Origin: an uncultured Chloroflexia bacterium
Lineage (GTDB): Bacteria; Chloroflexota; Limnocylindria; Limnocylindrales; CSP1-4
DNA: 64,000 nt
Direction: 5' to 3'
Assembly: GCA_963826225.1 (NCBI GenBank)
Contig: CAWGWF010000001.1
Span: 462,099-526,098, forward strand
Shown: positions 56,954 through 64,000 of the stretch, piece by piece
Position numbering within the stretch: the first letter of the stretch is position 1
Layout: each line of letters begins with the position of its first letter
Made by a program: the position numbers and the translations under genes
Notes under the pieces: model-generated
Database searches by the model: none
Seen by the model: the letters and a program-made list of their open reading frames with translations, nothing else
What the model was told of the DNA's origin: nothing

Positions 56954-57479
56954 CCGGCCGCACCGGTTCGCCGGCCGGGTGCCCCGGGGCGTCGTGCCGG
57001 TGGTGCCGGGGCCCGGCCAGGAGAGCGTCTGGGACTACCCGCGCCCGCCCCGCCTGGAGCGGGTGGCGGATCGGATCCGGGTGGTGATGGGCGGCGAGAC
57101 GATCGCCGACACGAACCGCGCGTACCGCGTGCTGGAGACCGCCGGTGCGCCGGTCTACTACCTGCCCAGGGAGGATGTCCGGATGGATCGCCTCCGTGCG
57201 TCCGCGACCACCAGCCATTGCGAGTGGAAGGGCGCGGCGTCCTACTGGACGTACCTGGCGGACGGGCGCCAGGTGGTGGACATCGGCTGGTCCTACGAGC
57301 GCCCCGGCCCGGGGTTCGAGACGATTGCCGGTCACCTGGCGTTCTATTGCGACCGGGTGGACGAAGCGTGGGTCGGCGATGAGCTCGCCACGCCGCAGCC
57401 GGGCGGCTTCTACGGCGGCTGGTTGACCCGAAGGATCGTCGGGCCGGTGAAGGGCGAGCCCGGCAGCTGGGGCTGGTAG
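56946..57479 (+). CDS. DUF427-domain protein
   Basis: GTG start overlapping the Fur stop. RIRVVMGGETIADTNRAYRVLETAGAPVYYLPREDV and HCEWKGAASYW match DUF427. Confidence 0.55.
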   Translation: MTDRPHRFAGRVPRGVVPVVPGPGQESVWDYPRPPRLERVADRIRVVMGGETIADTNRAYRVLETAGAPVYYLPREDVRMDRLRASATTSHCEWKGAASYWTYLADGRQVVDIGWSYERPGPGFETIAGHLAFYCDRVDEAWVGDELATPQPGGFYGGWLTRRIVGPVKGEPGSWGW

Positions 57480-57487
57480 GCCCGGCG

Positions 57488-58327
57488 TCAGCGGGCCGCG
57501 GCGAGGACCGCGTCGGAGATCGCCGGCCAGGCCTTCAGGGCCCACGGCCCGAATGGCCGGTCGGACAGGCAGGCGAGCGCCAGGTCCGCGTCGGGGTCGA
57601 CCCACAGGAACGTCCCGCTGCCCCCGAAGTGCCCGAACGTGGCGGCCGAGTTGCGGGTCCCGGTCCAGTGCGGCGACTTGGCGCCCCGCAGCTCGAACCC
57701 GAGGCCCCAGTCGAGCGGGTCGAACCGCCCGACGCCGGGCAGCACGCCGCGCAGCCCGGGAAAGGCCACGCTCGTCGCCTGCGCCAGCGCCGCCGGCGGC
57801 AGCAACCCGGGCGCCAGCAGCTCGAACGCGAAGGCGGCGAGATCCATGAGCGGTCCCTCGAGTCCCTGTGACGGCCGGCCCACCAGCCGGGTATCCGCCA
57901 TGCCCAGCGGGTCCAGCACCCACTCCCGGAGCAGGACGCCGAACGGCCGCCGGGCCCGCGCCGCCAGGACGCCCGCCGCGGCATCGATCCCCTCGTTGGA
58001 GTAGATCCGCGTCCTGCCGGGCGGGGAGATGGCGGCGGGCCCATCGAAGGCCAGGCCGGCGGCGTGGGCCAGCAGGTGGCGGACCGTTGACCCCGGCGGT
58101 CCGGCCGGCTCGTCCAGCGACACGACGCCGCGCGCCACCCCCACCAGTGCGACGTACGCGGTGACCGGCTTGGTCACCGACGCCCAGGGCAGGGGATGAT
58201 CGATCGCGCCGCGGGCGGCCACCAGGCCCTCCCGGTCCAGGACGGCCAGCGCCACGCGGGCCGCACCCCAGGCGTCTGCCGCCGCCAGCACGCCCGCGTC
58301 GAACGGGCGCCGCGACCGCGGGATCAC
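57488..58327 (-). CDS. serine hydrolase, beta-lactamase/transpeptidase-like fold
   Basis: SVTK (SxxK) motif, YSN (SxN-like), and HFGGSGT (KTG-like). Confidence 0.7.
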   Translation of the reverse strand: MIPRSRRPFDAGVLAAADAWGAARVALAVLDREGLVAARGAIDHPLPWASVTKPVTAYVALVGVARGVVSLDEPAGPPGSTVRHLLAHAAGLAFDGPAAISPPGRTRIYSNEGIDAAAGVLAARARRPFGVLLREWVLDPLGMADTRLVGRPSQGLEGPLMDLAAFAFELLAPGLLPPAALAQATSVAFPGLRGVLPGVGRFDPLDWGLGFELRGAKSPHWTGTRNSAATFGHFGGSGTFLWVDPDADLALACLSDRPFGPWALKAWPAISDAVLAAAR

Positions 58328-58364
58328 CGCCCGATCATCCCTTCGCCCGAGGAGGGCATGCCCG

Positions 58365-59144
58365 TCAGTCCAGCGATGGGACGCCCATGATGTTGAAGCC
58401 GCCGTCCACGAACGTGATCTCGCCCGTGACCGCGTTGGCCAGGTCGGACGCCAGGAACACGGCCGTGCCCCCGACGTCCTCCTTGGTCACGTGGGCGCGC
58501 AGCGGCGCGATCTGGTCGAACGGCCCGTACAGCTTGCGGAAGTCGCGGACGCCCGATGCGGACAGCGTCCGGATCGGTCCGGCGGAGATGGCGTTGACCC
58601 GGATCCCGTCCGGCCCGAGCTCGGCGGCGAGGTACCGGACGGCGGCCTCGAGGGCCGCCTTGGACACGCCCATCACGTTGTAGTTGGTGGTCACCCGCTC
58701 GGAGCCCAGGTAGGTGAGCGTGAGCACGGAGCTGCCGCGATGGAGCATCGGGCGAGCCGCCCGGGTCACGGCGATCAGCGAGTACGCGGACACGTCCAGC
58801 GAGAACAGGAACCCGTCCCGCGACGTGTCCAGGAACGACCCCTCGAGGTCCTCCCGGCGGGCGTGGGCCACCGCGTGGACGAGGATGTCCAGCTCCCCGT
58901 ACGCCTCGCGCCAGCGGTCCATGACCCGGGCGAGGTCCTCGTCGGACTGGACGTCGGCGGGCTCCACGAAGGTGCTGCCGATGGATTCCGCGAGCGGGCG
59001 GACGCGCCGCTCCAGCAGGCTCTCAACCGACGAGAAGCCAACGGTGGCCCCCTGGTCGTGGAACGCCTTCGCGATGCCCCAGGCGATCGAGTGGTCGTTG
59101 GCAACCCCGAACACGAGCGCCTTGCGCCCATCGAGCAGTCCCAT
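58365..59144 (-). CDS. fabI: enoyl-[acyl-carrier-protein] reductase (NADH)
   Basis: GVANDHSIAWGIAKAF N-terminus, Tyr-x6-Lys active site (YNVMGVSKAALEA), 259 aa. Confidence 0.9.
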   Translation of the reverse strand: MGLLDGRKALVFGVANDHSIAWGIAKAFHDQGATVGFSSVESLLERRVRPLAESIGSTFVEPADVQSDEDLARVMDRWREAYGELDILVHAVAHARREDLEGSFLDTSRDGFLFSLDVSAYSLIAVTRAARPMLHRGSSVLTLTYLGSERVTTNYNVMGVSKAALEAAVRYLAAELGPDGIRVNAISAGPIRTLSASGVRDFRKLYGPFDQIAPLRAHVTKEDVGGTAVFLASDLANAVTGEITFVDGGFNIMGVPSLD

Positions 59145-59175
59145 GCGCGGCTCCTCCTCCGATTACGCTGTGCGC

Positions 59176-60060
59176 ATGATGCCCGAGGCGCCCGCCTTCG
59201 ACGACAGCCTGCATGCAGCCCTGCACGGGGTCCGGGCGCTGATCCTGGACGCGGACGGCGTGATCGTGCTGCGGGGCCGCCCGATCCCGGGCGCGCAGGA
59301 CGCGCTGCGGAACCTCGGGGAGCGCGGCATCCCCTTCCGGATCGTCACCAACTTCAGCAGCAGCCATCGCGACACGCTGGCGGCGCGGTTCGGCACCGGG
59401 GGCTTGGCCCTGGACCCGGCACGGATCATCAGCGGCGCCTCCGCGGCCGCCGCGTACACCGCGAGCCGGCACGCCGGCAGGCCCCTGCTCGTGCTGGGGG
59501 CGCCCGATGCCCTGCGCGAGTTCGAGGGTCAGCGGCTGCTGGCACCGGCGGAGGCGGATGCGACCGGTGCGGGCGGCCCTGACGGCATCGCGGCCGTGGT
59601 CATCGGCGACGCAGGCGAGGACCTCTCGTTCGCCAACCTGGACGTCGCGTTCCGGCTGGTCCGCGGCGGGGCGGAGCTGGTGGCCATGCATCGCAACCCG
59701 TGGTGGCTCACGCCGCGGGGAGTCACGCTGGACTCCGGCGCGCTGGTCGCGGGCCTGGAATGGGCGCTCGGCCGTCGTGCCCAGGTTACCGGCAAGCCAT
59801 CGCCGATCGTGTTCCGCCAGGCGGCCGCGGGCCTGGCCGTGGATCTCGGCCTGCGGCGGCTCCCGGCGAACGACATCGCGATGGTGGGCGACGACCCGCG
59901 GTCGGACCTTGCCCCCGCGCACCGGCTGGGCATGCGGACGGCACTCGTGCTCACCGGCAAGGTTCCGCCGGACGGGGTGGACGCGGCGCTGGCGGGGGTA
60001 CGGTTCAGGCCGGACGCCGTGGCCAGGTCACTCGCGGAGGTCGTCGCGGCCCTGGGCTGA
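59176..60060 (+). CDS. HAD-superfamily subfamily IIA hydrolase (NagD-like)
   Basis: ILDADGVIV (DxDG motif I), FRIVTNFSS (motif II), MVGDDPRSDL (motif IV). ATG at 59176. Confidence 0.8.
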   Translation: MMPEAPAFDDSLHAALHGVRALILDADGVIVLRGRPIPGAQDALRNLGERGIPFRIVTNFSSSHRDTLAARFGTGGLALDPARIISGASAAAAYTASRHAGRPLLVLGAPDALREFEGQRLLAPAEADATGAGGPDGIAAVVIGDAGEDLSFANLDVAFRLVRGGAELVAMHRNPWWLTPRGVTLDSGALVAGLEWALGRRAQVTGKPSPIVFRQAAAGLAVDLGLRRLPANDIAMVGDDPRSDLAPAHRLGMRTALVLTGKVPPDGVDAALAGVRFRPDAVARSLAEVVAALG

Positions 60061-60107
60061 GGCGACGGGACGAACCCCGGCCGCAGTGCCCGGCGGACCC
60101 TCCGGGG

Positions 60108-61727
60108 TCATCCGGCCGGGCGCGTGACACGGATGTCGTCGATGCCGGCCTCGACCGTCGACCCGGAGCCGCCGTCGAGCGCCTCGAACCGGATCCGCAC
60201 CACCCGACCCGCCCAGGCGTCCAGCGGCACGGTCGCGGTCCGCCACCGGCCGGCCAGCAGGCTTGCGGCCCCGGTCCGCTCCCAGGCCAGCGTCCGCGTC
60301 CCGTCCTCGGTTTCGATGATCGCCCGCAGATGGTCGGCGGCGGAGCTGTTGGCGGCGTGCGCCCAGAGGTATCGGAAGGTGAGCGTCTGGCCGGCGGCCG
60401 AGGGTAGTGCGACCGGCGCGGATCGGACCGTCGTCCGCCCATCGAGGTCGTACGCGTTCGCGCGGTCTCCGGCCGGCAGCCCGGTGGCCAGGGCATACCG
60501 TCCAGATGGCGTGGTCGTCCTCTGCAGCGTGACGCCCGCGACGGTCGTGCCGGCCGGGTTGCCGCGGGCCCATCGCCCGGACGCCGGCGCGGTGTCGGTC
60601 CCGTCCGGGTTGACGGTCCAGCCCCGCGCCACCTCGAGATCGTCGTCGAAGGCGCCGCACCGCGCGGTCCTTACGGCGGCGCCCAGCACGGCCAGCGGGC
60701 ACCACGCTCGCTCCGCGAGGTACAGGACGGCCTCCCGGTTGCGGCCGGTCTCGCCCGGGATCCGCCAGTCCCGGGGATAGTCGACGTTGGACAGCTCGAT
60801 CGTGTAGGCGAAGATCCGGTACCGGCCGTACTCGTAGTCGGCGGTGCTCCCGGAGGCGGGGTAGAGGTCGCTTGCCTGCTGAGCCACGTAGCCACTGGAG
60901 GCCGCCATGCGCCGCCCGATCCGCGCCAGCGCCGCCCGATCCTCGACCGTCATGTCCGCCGGCACGTTCGTCCGGGTGTACGAGTACGGCCACATCACCA
61001 GCCGCCCGAATTCGTGGAACGAGATCGCCGCCCGGATCTGCTGGCGGCCGTCCACCACCCGGCTCGCGAGGAAGTCCCGCATCGCCCGGGACTCCGGCGC
61101 CGAGAACGCCGCCGGCCCGCGGTACTTGGACGACGACGGGGCACCACTCGATCCGGCGCCGCCCCACCGGTAGCCGTAGTTGCGGTTCAGGTCAGTGCCG
61201 ATGTAGCGGGTCCCCGGCGTTGGCTGCCGGTTCCGGCGCCAGTTGCGGAAGGTATCGCCGGCATGGTCGTACGCATGGCCGTCGGGGTTGACGGCGAACA
61301 CGATCCACACCTCGCGCGTGTCCACGATCGCCGTGATCCGGGGATCCGTTCCGTAGCCGTCCGCCAGCCAGCCGAGGATGCGGAGCGTCATCTCGAGGCC
61401 CATCGGCTCGTTGCCGTGATGGAGGCCGTCGTAGAGGACCTCCGGTTCCGCCTCGTCGGTGCCGACGTTGTCGCTGACCTTGGCGGCCCACAGCTCCCGT
61501 CCCCGGTAGCTCCGGCCGATCGAGAACAGGTCCACGATGTCGGGATGCGCGGCCTCGACCGCGGTGATCTCGGCGACCATCTCCGCGTAGGTGTGGAAGC
61601 CTTCGTAGCCGGGCGGGAAGTCGGACGCGGCCCGGGCGGGCGCGGCCGGCGCCACCGTCGCCGCCACAGCGGCTGCGAGCAGCATGGAGGCACCGAGGCG
61701 GAGGATCGGAGGGACGCGGCGGGTCAT
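60108..61727 (-). CDS. secreted M14-family zinc carboxypeptidase with a C-terminal beta-rich domain
   Basis: Signal peptide, HHGNEPMG (HxxE zinc site), NPDGHAY, FHEFG. About 170 aa C-terminal extension. Confidence 0.8.
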   Translation of the reverse strand: MTRRVPPILRLGASMLLAAAVAATVAPAAPARAASDFPPGYEGFHTYAEMVAEITAVEAAHPDIVDLFSIGRSYRGRELWAAKVSDNVGTDEAEPEVLYDGLHHGNEPMGLEMTLRILGWLADGYGTDPRITAIVDTREVWIVFAVNPDGHAYDHAGDTFRNWRRNRQPTPGTRYIGTDLNRNYGYRWGGAGSSGAPSSSKYRGPAAFSAPESRAMRDFLASRVVDGRQQIRAAISFHEFGRLVMWPYSYTRTNVPADMTVEDRAALARIGRRMAASSGYVAQQASDLYPASGSTADYEYGRYRIFAYTIELSNVDYPRDWRIPGETGRNREAVLYLAERAWCPLAVLGAAVRTARCGAFDDDLEVARGWTVNPDGTDTAPASGRWARGNPAGTTVAGVTLQRTTTPSGRYALATGLPAGDRANAYDLDGRTTVRSAPVALPSAAGQTLTFRYLWAHAANSSAADHLRAIIETEDGTRTLAWERTGAASLLAGRWRTATVPLDAWAGRVVRIRFEALDGGSGSTVEAGIDDIRVTRPAG

Positions 61728-61947
61728 GCGCTAGATCATGCATCCTGTGCGGGGGGCGCGGGATGGCCCGTGAGTCCCCGGCCAGATGGCCCTTGGGTCC
61801 CCGCCGGCCCTGAGGCACGTTGGCCCGGCCGGAGGAGGCATGCCGCAGTGGCGCCTTCCTTCCGTGCGCGACCAGACCCTTCTGGACGCCGGCACACGCG
61901 CCCGGCTACCGTCGGGCACGACAACAGACTGCAGGGATGAGCTGACG

Positions 61948-63783
61948 ATGGATGGCTGGACCGGGCAGTTCCTCAGGGTCAACCTGACGAACCGGACGCA
62001 CCGCGTGGAGACGTTCGACGAGGAGTTCGCCAGCACCTGGATCGGCGGCCGCGGCTTCGCGGTCAAGATCCTGTACGACGAGCTCGCTCCGGGAATCGAT
62101 CCCCTCGGACCCGAGAACAAGCTGGTCGTCGCGGTCGGTCCCATCTCCGGCATCCCGGCCCCCAACACGGGCAAGACGATCGTGGCCGCGAAGTCGCCCG
62201 CCACCGGTGGCTACGGCGACGGGAACCTCGGCACGCGGGTCACGGACCAGCTCCGCAAGGCCGGCTACGACGCGCTCATCATCGAGGGCCGGGCCGACAG
62301 CCCCACGATGCTGGTCATCGACGACGACACCGTGGAGTACCTGCCGGCCGACGAGATCTGGGGCCAGGGCACGATCGCCACCAACGAGTGGATCTACGCC
62401 CGGTACGGCAAGGGTGCCGGGGTCCTGAACATCGGCCCGGCGGGCGAGAACCTGGTCCGCTACGCCACGGTCCGAAGCCTGGAGGGACGCTCCGGTGGGC
62501 GTCCCGGCATGGGCGCCGTCATGGGCTCCAAGCTGCTCAAGGCGATCGTGGTGAAGGGCACCAAGCCGATCCCGCAGGCGTTCCCGGCCAAGATGAAGGA
62601 GCTCGGCCGGGACGATCTCCGCGAGGTCCGCCGGATCGACAAGGAGGCCGCCTGGTCCGTCCAGGGCACGACCGGCGTCCTGCCCTGGTGCAACGAGGTC
62701 GCCGCGCTCCCGGTCCATAACTTCCGCGGGACCCACCACCCCGACGCGTGGCAGGTGGACGGCGAGCGGGTCGCGCTCGCCAAGGCCGCCCTCTACGGCT
62801 GCCCGAACTGCACGATGCGCTGCGGGATCGCCGTCCTGGACGACGAGGGCCGTGAGTCCGAGGTGGACTACGAGCCGGTCGGCCTCCTCGGGCCGAACCT
62901 CGACCTGTTCAACCTCCCCGAGGTCGCGTCCCTCAACTGGCTGTGCGACGACTACGGGCTGGACACGATCTCGGCCGGCGGCGTGCTCGGTTTCTACGCC
63001 GACGCCATCGAGCAGGGCGCAACCGAGGGCGAAGCGCGGTTCGGCGACGTCGCGAGCTTCAAGAAGGTCCTGGGCCAGATCGCGCGCCGCGAGGGGATCG
63101 GCGACCTCCTGGCGGACGGCACGCGGGCCGCCGCGCTCGCGTTCGGGCACGGCTCCATCGACTACGCGATGCAGGTGAAGGGCCTGGAGATCTCCGCCTA
63201 CAACTGCAAGTTCATCCCCGGCATGGCGCTCGCCTTCGGGGTGAGCCCGATCGGCGCCCACCACAAGGAGTCCTGGATCATCACCTACGAGGTGAACCAG
63301 ACCCCGCGCGAGTCGTACGGTCGCGACAAGGCGCAGAAGATCGTCGATCTCCAGCGGATCCGGGGCGGCCTGTTCGAGTCCATCATCACCTGCCGCTTCC
63401 CGTGGGTGGAGGTGGGCTGGGGCGTGGAGCACTACCCGGTGTACTTCAACACGGTCACCGGGAAGGACTGGGCGCTGGAGGACTTCTGGCCGATCTCCGA
63501 CCGGATCTACGCCCTGATCAAGCTGTTCTGGCTGCGCGAGTTCCCGGACACGGACCGGACCGCGGACTACCCGCCCGCTGCCTGGTTCGACCCGGCCTTC
63601 GCGGACCAGGAAGGGCCCATCGCGGGGCGGATCCTGGAGCTCGACAAGTACGACTCGCTGCTCCAGCATTACTACGACATCCGCGGCTACGACACGCGTG
63701 GCGTGCCAACCCGGGCGACCCTGGAGTCCCTCGGGCTCGGCGCGGAGGCGGACGCAGCGGGGGCCTTCGCGACCCTCACCTAG
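61948..63783 (+). CDS. aldehyde:ferredoxin oxidoreductase (tungstopterin AOR family)
   Basis: N-terminus MDGWTGQFLRVNLTN. [4Fe-4S] Cys cluster region (CPNCTMRCG), and C-terminal domains 2 and 3 with ELDKYDSLLQHYYDIRGYD. Confidence 0.88.
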   Translation: MDGWTGQFLRVNLTNRTHRVETFDEEFASTWIGGRGFAVKILYDELAPGIDPLGPENKLVVAVGPISGIPAPNTGKTIVAAKSPATGGYGDGNLGTRVTDQLRKAGYDALIIEGRADSPTMLVIDDDTVEYLPADEIWGQGTIATNEWIYARYGKGAGVLNIGPAGENLVRYATVRSLEGRSGGRPGMGAVMGSKLLKAIVVKGTKPIPQAFPAKMKELGRDDLREVRRIDKEAAWSVQGTTGVLPWCNEVAALPVHNFRGTHHPDAWQVDGERVALAKAALYGCPNCTMRCGIAVLDDEGRESEVDYEPVGLLGPNLDLFNLPEVASLNWLCDDYGLDTISAGGVLGFYADAIEQGATEGEARFGDVASFKKVLGQIARREGIGDLLADGTRAAALAFGHGSIDYAMQVKGLEISAYNCKFIPGMALAFGVSPIGAHHKESWIITYEVNQTPRESYGRDKAQKIVDLQRIRGGLFESIITCRFPWVEVGWGVEHYPVYFNTVTGKDWALEDFWPISDRIYALIKLFWLREFPDTDRTADYPPAAWFDPAFADQEGPIAGRILELDKYDSLLQHYYDIRGYDTRGVPTRATLESLGLGAEADAAGAFATLT

Positions 63784-63785
63784 AG

Positions 63786-64000
63786 ATGCTGGTCACGGTC
63801 AAGCTGGTCGGCGGCTTCGTCTACACGGTCGGGTTCAGCCAGAAGGAGCTGGACGTCGAGCCCGGGACCACGGTCGGAGACATCGTCGACTCGCTCGCCA
63901 TCGATCCTGCCCGGCCGATGATCGTCGCCCGCAACGGCTGGGCTGTCGAGATGAGCGACGAGGTCCAGCCCGGCGACCGGATCCTCGTGTCCCCGATCTT
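63786..64000 (+). CDS. MoaD/ThiS-like small sulfur-carrier (beta-grasp) protein, partial at the window edge
   Basis: MLVTVKLVGGF...VQPGDRILVSPI pattern. ATG 2 nt after the AOR stop. The ORF runs off the window. Confidence 0.55.
   Translation, partial: MLVTVKLVGGFVYTVGFSQKELDVEPGTTVGDIVDSLAIDPARPMIVARNGWAVEMSDEVQPGDRILVSPI

Noticed and set aside
1-64000. CRISPR arrays, IS elements, rRNA operons, toxin-antitoxin pairs, restriction-modification or other defence systems
   Set aside because: No spaced direct-repeat arrays, terminal inverted repeats with a transposase, rRNA-like conserved stretches, or nuclease/ATPase/methylase defence gene sets were found on reading both strands.

Overview
This is a 64 kb, roughly 72% GC chromosome segment that looks actinobacterial, possibly from a deep-branching lineage. 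The evidence for that is F420-type LLM oxidoreductases and a Ddn-like nitroreductase, a nickel superoxide dismutase with its SodX protease, a fused CtaA-CtaB gene, GH57 enzymes and a tungsten-type aldehyde ferredoxin oxidoreductase. Coding density is high and many gene junctions overlap by 4 nt (GTGA/ATGA). Because of the GC bias the six-frame track contains many long antisense or off-frame ORFs (for example 28636..32322, 1228 aa), which I reject as spurious. Recognisable content in map order: pyrE; a heme A synthase / heme O synthase fusion; an MFS transporter fused to a cNMP-binding domain; a Rieske oxygenase followed by a homocysteine S-methyltransferase-family gene; xthA; F420-linked redox enzymes; a marR-MFS(DHA2)-Rieske operon; sodN-sodX; lysA; an alpha-glucan cluster (glgA divergent from glgP, two GH57 genes, an AraR/GntR-like regulator and a large GH13 protein); a tRNA-Gly(TCC) with a 44-nt direct repeat of its 3' half 2.3 kb downstream, bracketing a lower-GC islet that carries only an RCC1-repeat lipoprotein and no integrase; an ECF-type Ni/Co transporter (M, PDGLE-type small protein, Q, ATPase) facing a Fur-family regulator across an inverted-repeat operator; and fabI, an M14 carboxypeptidase, and AOR with a MoaD-like gene at the window edge. 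I found no CRISPR array, IS element, recognisable defence system or rRNA. Points worth a second look are the tRNA-Gly islet, an apparent +1 frameshift that splits a TPM-domain membrane protein, a tRNA-like T-arm fragment upstream of an SPFH-LysM pair, the His-rich tail on the ECF ATPase with the Nur-box-like operator, the MFS-cNMP fusion, and the Rieske plus Hcy-methyltransferase pair. All calls rest on reading motifs by eye; I ran no database or HMM searches.
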